From: an uncultured Verrucomicrobiae bacterium | GTDB taxonomy: Bacteria; Verrucomicrobiota; Verrucomicrobiia; Chthoniobacterales; UBA10450 | DNA length: 64,000 nt | Direction: 5' to 3' | NCBI GenBank assembly: GCA_963756875.1 | Contig: CAVWPA010000001.1 | Coordinates: forward strand, 448,001-512,000 | Part shown: positions 29,237 through 38,013 of the stretch, piece after piece | Numbering within the stretch: position 1 is the first letter of the stretch | How the letters are laid out: every line of letters starts with the position of its first letter | Program-made: the position numbers and the translations under genes | The notes under the pieces: model-generated | The model's database searches: none | What the model was told of the DNA's origin: nothing | Seen by the model: the letters and a program-made list of their open reading frames with translations, nothing else

Positions 29237-30717
29237 CGTCGGATATCGGCGCTAAGATATGTTTTGAATGCCGGAGTAACGAGACGGACGAAGGTCTGCG
29301 GGAAGAATCCAAACCAAAGCAGCGCGCCGGCGAGAATGGCTACTGGAAGACGCAGATCGGATCGAAGATCGGCGACGTGATTCCAGCGTTCGGGCATCGG
29401 CCCCATAAAGATCCGGCGGTAAGCGCGCAACATGTAAACCGCAGAAATCACGACGCCCCACAGCGCGAGGGTGGTCGCGATCTGAAAGATGTGGAAACGC
29501 TGCATTTCCCAGCCGTTTTGAAACGCGCCGAAGAAAATCATGATTTCCGCGGCGAAGTTGGCAAAACCGGGAAGGCCGATGGCAGCGAACGCGCCGATAC
29601 CGAATGCCAGCCCCGCAAACGGCATGGTTTTGGCGAGGCCGCCCAGCTCGTCAAATACGAGCGTGCCGGTGCGTTTGCGGATCTCCCCCGCCACCGCAAA
29701 AAGCAGCGCAATGGAGAGTCCATGCGCCAGCATCAAGCCGGCGGCGCCGGTTGTTCCGAGAATATTGGCGCTGGCGATTCCGAGGAAAATGTACCCCATG
29801 TGCATCACGCTCGAATAGCCAAGCATCCAATCGAGCCGCTTCTGCGCGATCGTGACGAGGCCGATGTAGATGATATTGCAGAGCAACAGGACGAGCAGCA
29901 GGCCGGTCCAGTGCCGCGCTCCCTCTGGCAACAACGGAATGGCCAGGCGCAAGAAACCGTAAAGGCCGAATTTTTTTAGCACTCCGGCATGCAGCATCGC
30001 GGCCGGCGCGGGGGCCGATGCGTAGGCTTCCGGCGCCCAGGTGTGAAAGGGAAAGAGTGAGACCAGAATTCCGAATCCGATCAACAGAAGCAGGTAGATA
30101 TTGTGCTGCGCCTCGGGTGCGATCTGATGCGCTGCGGTCGCAGCTTGCAGAGCGCGAATATCGAAACTGCGCGAAGCAGCCGGCACGCTTTCGTAAAGCA
30201 AGATCAGTCCGATAAGGAGAATGAAACTGCCCAGCGCAAGATAGATCGTGATTTTCCAGGCCGCCGCGACGCGATTGCCGGTCCCCCAGATTCCAATGAG
30301 CAGAAAAGTTGGAATGAGCGCCAGCTCGTGAAAGGCATAGAAGAAAAACAGGTCGAGCGAAGCAAACGCACCGAGCGCACCGCCGGATATGAACAGCAGA
30401 CAGGCGTAAAACGCCGGTTCGTATTTGTCGATCTTCCCGGCGAACCAGATGCTCGCCAGAGTCACAATCGCCGCGAGCAGGACCAGCATGAGGCTGAGGC
30501 CGTCGAGACCGGTCGCAAAATGGATCCGCCAGTCCGAAGACATCGTGAAGGAATTGACGAACTGAAAGCCGGACTGCAACCAGTCGTACTGGCTGTACAC
30601 TAAAAGCGTCAGGAGAAATGTAGCGCCTGCCGCGAGCAATGCGGTCAACCGCGCAGGCGCCCCGGCGATGATCAAAATTGCCGCAACAATCGGGCAGAAA
30701 ATAATTAAAAGAAGCAT
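29233..30717 (-). CDS. nuoM: NADH-quinone oxidoreductase subunit M
   Basis: GLDGLS, FHELALIP, FPFHTW, GYSSVMHMG, GLPGFANF. Confidence 0.95.
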   Translation of the reverse strand: MLLLIIFCPIVAAILIIAGAPARLTALLAAGATFLLTLLVYSQYDWLQSGFQFVNSFTMSSDWRIHFATGLDGLSLMLVLLAAIVTLASIWFAGKIDKYEPAFYACLLFISGGALGAFASLDLFFFYAFHELALIPTFLLIGIWGTGNRVAAAWKITIYLALGSFILLIGLILLYESVPAASRSFDIRALQAATAAHQIAPEAQHNIYLLLLIGFGILVSLFPFHTWAPEAYASAPAPAAMLHAGVLKKFGLYGFLRLAIPLLPEGARHWTGLLLVLLLCNIIYIGLVTIAQKRLDWMLGYSSVMHMGYIFLGIASANILGTTGAAGLMLAHGLSIALLFAVAGEIRKRTGTLVFDELGGLAKTMPFAGLAFGIGAFAAIGLPGFANFAAEIMIFFGAFQNGWEMQRFHIFQIATTLALWGVVISAVYMLRAYRRIFMGPMPERWNHVADLRSDLRLPVAILAGALLWFGFFPQTFVRLVTPAFKTYLSADIRR

Positions 30718-32525
30718 CAGTGGAAAACGGCGAAGTAGATGAGAACGACAATCCCGAGCCCGAACAGAAACGCGTAGGCCTGCAGGTTGCCCACTTGGAT
30801 TAAGCGAAGGATGGCGCCGAATCCCCAGGTGCCGCGACTCGCCCCACCCACCGCGCCGGCATCGATCACCCAGCGATCAAAGAATGCCGCGAAGCGCGAA
30901 AGGTTTTCCTGGGTCGCGTCGATCAGCCAATTGTAGAAATCGTCGATATAGAAGCGGCGTCGAAAAAGCTCGATCCTGATTGGGTCGCTGCTCCGGTTTG
31001 GATAAAGCCATATCACCAACAGGACCCCGAGCAGCATGGCGCCGATGGCGAGCACCGGAACGATAAGAACCGCCTGCTTCTCATGCGGGACGACCAGAAA
31101 TTTCTGCGCGAAAAATGGAGCGCCGCCGACAAGCGCGAGCAGCGCGAGGACAAGCAGCGGGCCGGTCATAACGAGGGGAGACTCGTGGCCCGCCCGGGCG
31201 GCGGGGGTTCGCGGTTTGCCAAAGAAAACGACGACAAGAAGGCGCAGGACATAGAATGCGGTCAGGAACGCCGTCAGCAGCGCAATGGCAAAGATGGCGC
31301 TGTTGCGATCGTAGGCCACGGCAAGAATGGCGTCCTTGCTAAAAAAGCCGCTGAATGGCGGGCAACCGATCAAGGCCAGGGCCCCCACGGAAAATGTGAG
31401 AAATGTGACCGGAAGATATTTCGCCAGGCCGCCCATTTTCCAGATGTCCTGTTCGTGATGCAGCATGACGATGACGGAACCCGCGCCGAGGAAGAGAAGC
31501 GCCTTAAAAAACGCATGAGTGAAGAGATGAAACATGGCCGCTTCGTTTGAAGCGAGTCCAATGGCCATCACCATGTAACCGAGCTGCGAGATGGTGGAAT
31601 AGGCGAGGATGCGTTTAATGTCGTCTTGTTGTGTCGCCATTAAGGCCGCGAGCACTGCTGTGATCGTTCCAATCCAGGCAATCACGTCGAGCGCGGATTG
31701 GGCCGCTTGAATGATGAAGCCGACCCGCACGAGCATATAAACGCCGGCGGCGACCATCGTCGCAGCGTGGATCAAAGCCGAAACCGGCGTTGGGCCTTCC
31801 ATCGCATCCGGCAGCCAGACGTGCAGCGGAAACTGCGCGGATTTCGCGGCCGCCCCGCAGAATATCAGAAGCGCCGCTGCGGTCAGATAACCCGGATTGC
31901 TCGTGACCCGTGACAACTGCGGCACGATGTCGTCGAAGACAATAGTGCCGGTGGACATCCAGACCATGAGAATTCCGAGCATGAATCCGAAATCGCCGAC
32001 CCGGTTTGTGAGAAAAGCCTTCTTCGCCGCTTCGGCCGCCGCGTCACGGTCGAACCAATGACCGATAAGCACGTAGGAAGTGAATCCGACAAGCTCCCAG
32101 AAAATGAACAACATGACGAAGTTGTTTGAGAGCACGATTCCGAGCATGGCGAACATGAAGAGGGAGAGGCCGGCGAAATAGCGCGATTTGCCAGGGTCGT
32201 CCCGCATGTAGCCGAGCGAATAAATGTGAATGAGCGAGCCAACCCCCGAGACCACGAGGAGCATGGTCCTGCTCAGTTGATCCAAAACGAAACCGAACGG
32301 AACGGTGAAAACCCCGCGCGCATCGATCCAATTATGCTCCGGCGCGGAAAGGTCCAGTCGTCCGAAGATCAGACAACTGCAGACAAAGCTTCCGAGAACC
32401 GCGCCGACTGAAATGTAACTGCTCAATGTTTTTGCCCGACCGGTCAAAACGGTGATGATGCCCGCGGAAAAAAGCGGCAAAAGCAGCGCATACCAGGGAA
32501 GCAGGGTGTTGGTGGTAAAGTTCAA
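30717..32525 (-). CDS. nuoL: NADH-quinone oxidoreductase subunit L
   Basis: KSAQFPLHVWLPDAMEGPTPVSALIHAATMV, HAFFKALLFL. Confidence 0.97.
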   Translation of the reverse strand: MNFTTNTLLPWYALLLPLFSAGIITVLTGRAKTLSSYISVGAVLGSFVCSCLIFGRLDLSAPEHNWIDARGVFTVPFGFVLDQLSRTMLLVVSGVGSLIHIYSLGYMRDDPGKSRYFAGLSLFMFAMLGIVLSNNFVMLFIFWELVGFTSYVLIGHWFDRDAAAEAAKKAFLTNRVGDFGFMLGILMVWMSTGTIVFDDIVPQLSRVTSNPGYLTAAALLIFCGAAAKSAQFPLHVWLPDAMEGPTPVSALIHAATMVAAGVYMLVRVGFIIQAAQSALDVIAWIGTITAVLAALMATQQDDIKRILAYSTISQLGYMVMAIGLASNEAAMFHLFTHAFFKALLFLGAGSVIVMLHHEQDIWKMGGLAKYLPVTFLTFSVGALALIGCPPFSGFFSKDAILAVAYDRNSAIFAIALLTAFLTAFYVLRLLVVVFFGKPRTPAARAGHESPLVMTGPLLVLALLALVGGAPFFAQKFLVVPHEKQAVLIVPVLAIGAMLLGVLLVIWLYPNRSSDPIRIELFRRRFYIDDFYNWLIDATQENLSRFAAFFDRWVIDAGAVGGASRGTWGFGAILRLIQVGNLQAYAFLFGLGIVVLIYFAVFH

Positions 32526-32539
32526 GGTTTTAGAATTCG

Positions 32540-33021
32540 TCCGCTAAACACGCTAAAAGACGCCAAAATTCAGAGATAAATCGGTTCATCGGATTCGACG
32601 TTCCGGTGCGTTTTTGCGATCCGCTCATATTGCAGCTTTGGATAATGGCCAAAGTTGAGAAGCAAGCCGAGGTCGAAGCTTCCAGCCTTGAGATAGTTCA
32701 AAACCTGCGCGCGGTGCTCGTCTTTTATTTCCGCAACGGCTTTTAACTCGACTACGACTTTTCCAAAGCAAACGAAATCGGGAAAGTAACTTTGAGTGAG
32801 GACCTGGCCGCGATACTCAAGAGATAAGCCGGGTTGTCCAATTGCCGGAATGTGGCGATGCGCGAATTCAATACCGAGACATTCTTGATAAATTGGCTCG
32901 TGAAAGCCGCATCCTTTGTCTTTGTAAACTTCAAAGCACGCGCCAAGAATCGCATAGCATTCATCCTTTAAGATTAAATCCGGTGCCATTTTTTTTGGCG
33001 TCATTTGGCGTGTTTGGCGGA
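32540..33021. mobile_element. Putative mobile cassette: 29-bp inverted arms (~10-mer units) around a GxxExxY gene
   Basis: tccgctaaacacgctaaaagacgccaaaa (32540-32568) and ttttggcgtcatttggcgtgtttggcgga (32993-33021). Confidence 0.62.
32570..32989 (-). CDS. GxxExxY protein
   Basis: GFHEPIY motif, PDFVCFGKVVVELKAV, HRAQVLNYL, GLLLNFG. Confidence 0.93.
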   Translation of the reverse strand: MAPDLILKDECYAILGACFEVYKDKGCGFHEPIYQECLGIEFAHRHIPAIGQPGLSLEYRGQVLTQSYFPDFVCFGKVVVELKAVAEIKDEHRAQVLNYLKAGSFDLGLLLNFGHYPKLQYERIAKTHRNVESDEPIYL

Positions 33022-33024
33022 TAG

Positions 33025-33345
33025 TCAAAATTTCAGTGAGTTAATGTCTTCGACGTGTGTGGTTTGGCGGATGCGATAGAGGGCTACGATGATGGCCAGG
33101 CCGACGGCCACTTCCGCGGCTGCAACGGTGATGATGAAAAAGACAAAGACCTGGATGTTGTAAGCGGGCATGCCCGCGGCATCGACATGAAACCTGGAAA
33201 AGGCGACCAGCGACAGATTGGCCGCATTCAACATTAGCTCCAGCGACATGAAAATAATGATGAGATTGCGCCGGAGCATGACGCCTGCAAAGCCGATCGC
33301 GAAAAGCGCGCCACTGACAATGAGATAATCGCCGAGCGTGATCAT
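33025..33345 (-). CDS. nuoK: NADH-quinone oxidoreductase subunit K
   Basis: [31 protein letters not shown]. Confidence 0.96.
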   Translation of the reverse strand: MITLGDYLIVSGALFAIGFAGVMLRRNLIIIFMSLELMLNAANLSLVAFSRFHVDAAGMPAYNIQVFVFFIITVAAAEVAVGLAIIVALYRIRQTTHVEDINSLKF

Positions 33346-33359
33346 TCTATTTTTCTTTG

Positions 33360-33475
33360 CCCACGAAACACGCGAAAGGACGCGAAAGGACGCGAAAGAT
33401 TCGGAGAGAATCGGACGGCTTTGCAAATCGGCCGCATCTCTTTTCTCTTTCGTGTCATTTCGTGTGTTCCGTGGG
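33360..33475. repeat. Empty inverted ~10-mer cassette between nuoJ and nuoK
   Basis: cccacgaaacacgcgaaaggacgcgaaaggacgcgaaag ... ctttcgtgtcatttcgtgtgttccgtggg. Confidence 0.8.
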
Positions 33476-33481
33476 TTGAAA

Positions 33482-33985
33482 TCATCGAAGCTCGCGCCTG
33501 CTTAGGACAACGACGCCAATTGTGGCGACCAAAACGACCACGCCGATGATCTGGAACGGCAGGGTATAATGCGTGAAGAGCAAAATGCCGATCTGATGGA
33601 CGTCGTCGGTCGTCGGTTTGGCCAATGGAGGCATCGATCGGTGCGCGGCCTTGAAATTACCGATCACGTAAAGAATCTGGACGAAAAAAGCGAGGGCGAC
33701 GGCCACTCCGCCGGCTGAAGCAACCCAGTTGATCTTGCGCAGTTCTTCCGCCCGCAAATCGAGCAACATGATGATGAACAAGAACAGGACCATGATGGCT
33801 CCGGCATAAACGAGCACCTGAATGATTCCGATGAAATAAGCGTCAAGCGACATGAAAAGGACAGCCAGACACAGAAATGAAACCACCAGGCTGAGTGCGC
33901 TCGCCACCGGATTGCGGTTGATGACGACCGCCGCGCCGAACACCAGCATCATCAAAGCAAAAATCCAGAATAGAAAAGCAGGCAT
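33482..33985 (-). CDS. nuoJ: NADH-quinone oxidoreductase subunit J
   Basis: [27 protein letters not shown]. Confidence 0.96.
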   Translation of the reverse strand: MPAFLFWIFALMMLVFGAAVVINRNPVASALSLVVSFLCLAVLFMSLDAYFIGIIQVLVYAGAIMVLFLFIIMLLDLRAEELRKINWVASAGGVAVALAFFVQILYVIGNFKAAHRSMPPLAKPTTDDVHQIGILLFTHYTLPFQIIGVVVLVATIGVVVLSRRELR

Positions 33986-33993
33986 TTTATTAG

Positions 33994-34072
33994 GCCACCG
34001 ATGAACACAGATGAAACACGGATACGGAATTGAGATCAAAAAAATCTGCGATCATCTGTGTCAATCTGTGGC
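33994..34072. repeat. Empty inverted 9/10-mer cassette between nuoI and nuoJ
   Basis: gccaccgatgaacacagatgaaacacggat ... atctgcgatcatctgtgtcaatctgtggc. Confidence 0.8.
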
Positions 34073-34073
34073 T

Positions 34074-34604
34074 TTACTTTTTTTCGTTCCATTTGAGCAC
34101 GACGCCGTGCATGACGCCGCCCATCTCCAGCAATTTGTCCTTGTGATGCATCATCTCTTCACGGGTGAATCCGGTGATGGCGTAGTCTTTTCGTAGAAAA
34201 ATTGCCTGTTCGGGGCAGACCTCCTCGCACATTCCGCAATAAATGCAGCGGACCATGTCAATGTCGAATTCCTCGGGATGCTTCTCGACTTTGGCGAACC
34301 GGTTGGTTGAGGGAATTTCGCCGGGAATGATTTTGATGGCGCGTGGCGGACAAATGAATTCGCAAAGCTGGCAGGCGACGCAACGGACGCGGCCAGCGGC
34401 ATCGCGCACGAGAGCAGGGGCGCCCCGATAATAATCGGGCAGGTTGGCGTCCCATTTCTCTTCCGGGTACTGCATCGTCACTTTCGTGCGACCAAGAATC
34501 ATGTTCTTGAAGTGCTTGATGGTAATGAACATGCCCGCAACGATCGCGGGCAGGTACATGCGCTCGCGCCAGTTCAATTTCGGACGTGGAACAGTGATCG
34601 CCAT
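34074..34604 (-). CDS. nuoI: NADH-quinone oxidoreductase subunit I
   Basis: Two CxxCxxCxxxCP motifs (CVACQLCEFICP, CIYCGMCEEVCP). Confidence 0.96.
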   Translation of the reverse strand: MAITVPRPKLNWRERMYLPAIVAGMFITIKHFKNMILGRTKVTMQYPEEKWDANLPDYYRGAPALVRDAAGRVRCVACQLCEFICPPRAIKIIPGEIPSTNRFAKVEKHPEEFDIDMVRCIYCGMCEEVCPEQAIFLRKDYAITGFTREEMMHHKDKLLEMGGVMHGVVLKWNEKK

Positions 34605-34606
34605 TT

Positions 34607-34690
34607 TGCTTTAACTCCTGCTCTTGCTCCTGATCGTGATCATGATCGATCCGCCTCGATCAAGAGCATGATCACGATCACGATTAAGAA
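34607..34690. repeat. Empty inverted hexamer cassette between nuoH and nuoI
   Basis: ctcctgctcttgctcctgatcgtgatcatgatc ... gatcaagagcatgatcacgatcacgattaaga. Confidence 0.75.
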
Positions 34691-34702
34691 TAGGCGCCGC
34701 GA

Positions 34703-35764
34703 TCATTGTGGAAAATAAGCGATGACGATGGCGGTGATAAAAATGTTAACGAGCGCGATTTCAAAGAAGAAGAGCCAGCCCAAACGCATCAACTGATCGT
34801 AGCGAAAGCGGGGCAGCGTCCAGCGTACCCACATGAATATAAAAATCAGGGCCGCAACCTTTGTGAAAAAAACCGCGATATTGATAAGTCCGAAAATCCA
34901 GCCATGCGAGCCGTCGGGAATTCCCGGAAAATGCCAACCCCCCAGGAAAAGCGTAACAATAACGGCCGAACCGGTGATCAGGGCCGCGTATTCGCCGAGA
35001 AAAAAAAGAGCGAATTTCATCGAGGAATACTCGGTGTGGTAACCGCCGGCCAATTCTTGCTCGGCCTCCGGCAAATCAAAAGGCAGCCGGTTCGTCTCGG
35101 CGAACATCGCAATCATGAAGACGAGAAATGAAATGGCCATGGGAATGGCCAGGAGCCATTTGCCGAGATTGGACCAGTCGCCGACGAACGGCACGATCAT
35201 CCACCCGTGCTCGATTTGATAGCGGACCACGCTGGTCAGGCGCAAATTTCCGACGACGAGAAAAACCGGGATAACTGCAAGCGCAAGCGAAAGCTCGTAG
35301 GAAATCATCTGCGAACTGGAACGAATGCCGCCGAGGAAAGGGTATTTGGAATTTGACGCCCAGCCGGCCAGGACGATGCCGTAAACGCCTAACGAAGCGA
35401 TGGCGAACACAAAAAGAATGCCGACATTGACGTCGGCGATGACCATTGGTACGCCAAAAAGCGTGCTGCCGAATGGGACCACGGCGATGGTGGTCATCGC
35501 GGGGATCATGACGAGGCACGGTGCAAGCCAGTAATAAAAAGTGTTCACGCTCGCGGGCGTGAAATCTTCCTTGAGGAGAAACTTCGCAGCATCTGCGATC
35601 GGCTGGAATAACCCGGCTGGTCCCACCCGGTTCGGCCCGAGACGGTCCTGAATCAGCGCGCTCACGCGTCGCTCCGCATAAACGGCGTAGGAAACCATCG
35701 GCAGAATCACAACGAAAATGATGCCGATGATTTTCAGGAGCGACGTTGCGATGAAAAAGATCAT
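34703..35764 (-). CDS. nuoH: NADH-quinone oxidoreductase subunit H
   Basis: ERRVSALIQDRLGPNRVG, AETNRLPFDLPEAE, PRFRYDQLM. Confidence 0.97.
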   Translation of the reverse strand: MIFFIATSLLKIIGIIFVVILPMVSYAVYAERRVSALIQDRLGPNRVGPAGLFQPIADAAKFLLKEDFTPASVNTFYYWLAPCLVMIPAMTTIAVVPFGSTLFGVPMVIADVNVGILFVFAIASLGVYGIVLAGWASNSKYPFLGGIRSSSQMISYELSLALAVIPVFLVVGNLRLTSVVRYQIEHGWMIVPFVGDWSNLGKWLLAIPMAISFLVFMIAMFAETNRLPFDLPEAEQELAGGYHTEYSSMKFALFFLGEYAALITGSAVIVTLFLGGWHFPGIPDGSHGWIFGLINIAVFFTKVAALIFIFMWVRWTLPRFRYDQLMRLGWLFFFEIALVNIFITAIVIAYFPQ

Positions 35765-35777
35765 GTCGGTTGCGCGG

Positions 35778-37508
35778 CTAACGTCCTGGTGGTCTTTTGG
35801 CTTCCGCCCTTTCGATTTCGTGCATTTCCGGATCGACAGGCGGAGGCGGCGACTTACTGGCCCGGATCACTTGCACACCGCGGTCGCCGATTTTGCTCAA
35901 GCTCAATCCCGCGAACTCCGGAATGGCTTCGCTCATTTGCCGAAAAACGTCCTCGATAGAATAGATTCCATCACTCCCCGTGAGCGCTTGCAGCAGGTCG
36001 CGCAAAATTTCCCAATCGTCGCGCGCGTTCCCGGGCCCGCGGACCGCGCGATTCAAGCGTTGCACCCGTCCGTCGCCGTTGATCATGGAGCCGCGCTTTT
36101 CGGCGAAGCCAAACGAAGGAAGCACCGCAGTCGCTTTCTCGGTCGCATCGTTCGACAAAATGTCCATAACGACGAACGCCGGCAGTCGTGTCAATTGCTC
36201 CTCCGAAATTCCGAATGAAGTTGGATTTTCACCCAGGACGACCAACGCCTTCACTTCTCCCGACCGGATTGCCTGCACAATGCCCGGCAATTTTTCACCC
36301 GGATTGGCATTCAACGCCAGGACCAGGCGCGCGCCGTTTGCGTTGGGATTACGGTCTTCGCTCAGCAAAATGTCATCGAACGGCCCGTGCCGGGGCACGA
36401 TGTCCATCCATTGAACGCCGAGCGTTTTTGCGATCTGTGAAGTCAACCAAAGCTCTTCATTCGTCATTCTTCCGGATGCCACGACGGCGATTTCCCAGCC
36501 GGAAAAGTGTCGCAATTGCAGAGCCACGTTTGTAATCGCCGTCTTCCAATCTGCGGGAACCAGTTTGCCGTCTGAAAAAATGCGCGGCTCGAGCAATCGG
36601 CGCTCCGATTCGAGATAAGCGAAATTGAGCCGGCCGTAATCGCACATCCAGCACGAGTTAACGTCGTCGTTTTCGCGCGGGGTCTGGCGGTAGATCACGT
36701 CCTCGCGGGAGCCGATGATGGTGTTGCAACCGGTCGCGCAACTGGTGCAGATGCTTTTGGTTTCCTTCAAAAACCAAACGCGCATCTTGAAACGAAAATC
36801 GGTCGAGGTCAGCGCACCGACCGGACAAATGTCGACGGTATTGAGCGAGTAGTTGTTTTCCAACCGCTTTCCGGGGTGCGCGGTAAGGACCGTGTGACTG
36901 CCGCGATCGACAAAGCCGAGCACGTCGTCATGGGCGATTTCCTGGGAAAAACGAATGCAGCGCGAGCAAAGAATGCAACGCTCGTCGTCAAGCGTGACAC
37001 GCGGTCCCAGCTCCACGTTTTTCGGCTTCTTAACCTTGTTATCGAGAAAACGGGAGGCGGCCGCGCCGTACTCGACGCTGAATTCCTGCAGCTCGCATTC
37101 ACCGGCCTGATCGCAAATCGGGCAATCGAGAGGGTGATTGATCAGCAGGAACTCCATCACGCCGCGCCGGCACTCCTGGGCCAGCGGCGAATTGGTGCGA
37201 ACGCCCATTCCTTCGGCGACGTCCTGCGCGCAGCAAATCTGGGGACGCGCCATCCAGTTGATCACCGGTTTGCCATCGGGGCCGAGCTCCGGTTTGCGGT
37301 CGGGGCCCATTTTCGGCATGCCCATTTCGATCAAGCACATCCGGCAATTGCCCGGGGAGCTCAGTTCCTTGTGATAACAATATCGCGGGACATAACTGCC
37401 GGCCTCCGCGCACGCTTCGATCACTCGCGTGCCCTTGGGAAATTGATGCCACACGCCATCAATCTGGACGTTGAACATTGGCCCTGGAGGCTCCCCGGCG
37501 GCGCTCAT
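35778..37508 (-). CDS. nuoG: NADH-quinone oxidoreductase subunit G (short form)
   Basis: CYH...GNCRMCL, NHPLDCPICDQAGECELQ, RCILCSRCIR, DICPVGAL, CTSCATGC. Confidence 0.93.
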   Translation of the reverse strand: MSAAGEPPGPMFNVQIDGVWHQFPKGTRVIEACAEAGSYVPRYCYHKELSSPGNCRMCLIEMGMPKMGPDRKPELGPDGKPVINWMARPQICCAQDVAEGMGVRTNSPLAQECRRGVMEFLLINHPLDCPICDQAGECELQEFSVEYGAAASRFLDNKVKKPKNVELGPRVTLDDERCILCSRCIRFSQEIAHDDVLGFVDRGSHTVLTAHPGKRLENNYSLNTVDICPVGALTSTDFRFKMRVWFLKETKSICTSCATGCNTIIGSREDVIYRQTPRENDDVNSCWMCDYGRLNFAYLESERRLLEPRIFSDGKLVPADWKTAITNVALQLRHFSGWEIAVVASGRMTNEELWLTSQIAKTLGVQWMDIVPRHGPFDDILLSEDRNPNANGARLVLALNANPGEKLPGIVQAIRSGEVKALVVLGENPTSFGISEEQLTRLPAFVVMDILSNDATEKATAVLPSFGFAEKRGSMINGDGRVQRLNRAVRGPGNARDDWEILRDLLQALTGSDGIYSIEDVFRQMSEAIPEFAGLSLSKIGDRGVQVIRASKSPPPPVDPEMHEIERAEAKRPPGR

Positions 37509-37517
37509 TGTTTGGTC

Positions 37518-37964
37518 TTACTCTTTCTCTTGCTCATGCTCTTGATCGCGCTCGTAACCGAATTCAAAGTCCGACTCCTCGCGTGCCATTGCCGTTCTCG
37601 AATCAAAGCTGTAGCCGAGTCGTTTCAGCAACCCCATAAGCATATTTACGATTTGTACCAGCTGCTCTTTCGCTGCTGCAACGTGAGCCTCTGTCGTTAG
37701 TTTGCGCGAAACCAAAACGTCCAGACTCGCTGCTGATTCCAGTGCCGATCCGCGTGCAATATCAAAAAAGCGCGCGCGATCTCTCGTAGAAAACTTTCCG
37801 TTTCCTTCGGCGATATTCAGCGGAACACTTGTTGCAGCGCGATCAAGCTGATCTTTTGCCGCAGCCTTTGCATCGATCGAGGAAAGGAATTCGCCGACCC
37901 ACCCATTAAAGGCGAGTGATACTTGATAGACATTCAATTTTTCGTGGTCGAAGTAAGCTTTCAT
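37518..37964 (-). CDS. Four-helix-bundle protein (23S rRNA IVS protein-like) flanked by inverted hexamer arrays
   Basis: FDHEKLNVYQ, DQLDRAATSVPLNIAEG, RFFDIARGSALE; arms at 37517-37547 and 37974-38003. Confidence 0.9.
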   Translation of the reverse strand: MKAYFDHEKLNVYQVSLAFNGWVGEFLSSIDAKAAAKDQLDRAATSVPLNIAEGNGKFSTRDRARFFDIARGSALESAASLDVLVSRKLTTEAHVAAAKEQLVQIVNMLMGLLKRLGYSFDSRTAMAREESDFEFGYERDQEHEQEKE

Positions 37965-38013
37965 TTTCAGATTGAGCATGAGCAAGAGCATGAGAAAGAG
38001 TAGGAATAAGGGT

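Noticed and set aside
29651..30751. Long alternative-frame and antisense ORFs (also 17220-18089, 19742-20593, 50662-51633, 56771-57802)
   Set aside because: Shadows of well-supported genes in GC-rich DNA with no recognisable motifs.
37518..37964. Diversity-generating retroelement (Avd-like protein, paired autotransporters as TR/VR)
   Set aside because: No reverse transcriptase in the window, and autotransporter differences are not adenine-specific by eye.
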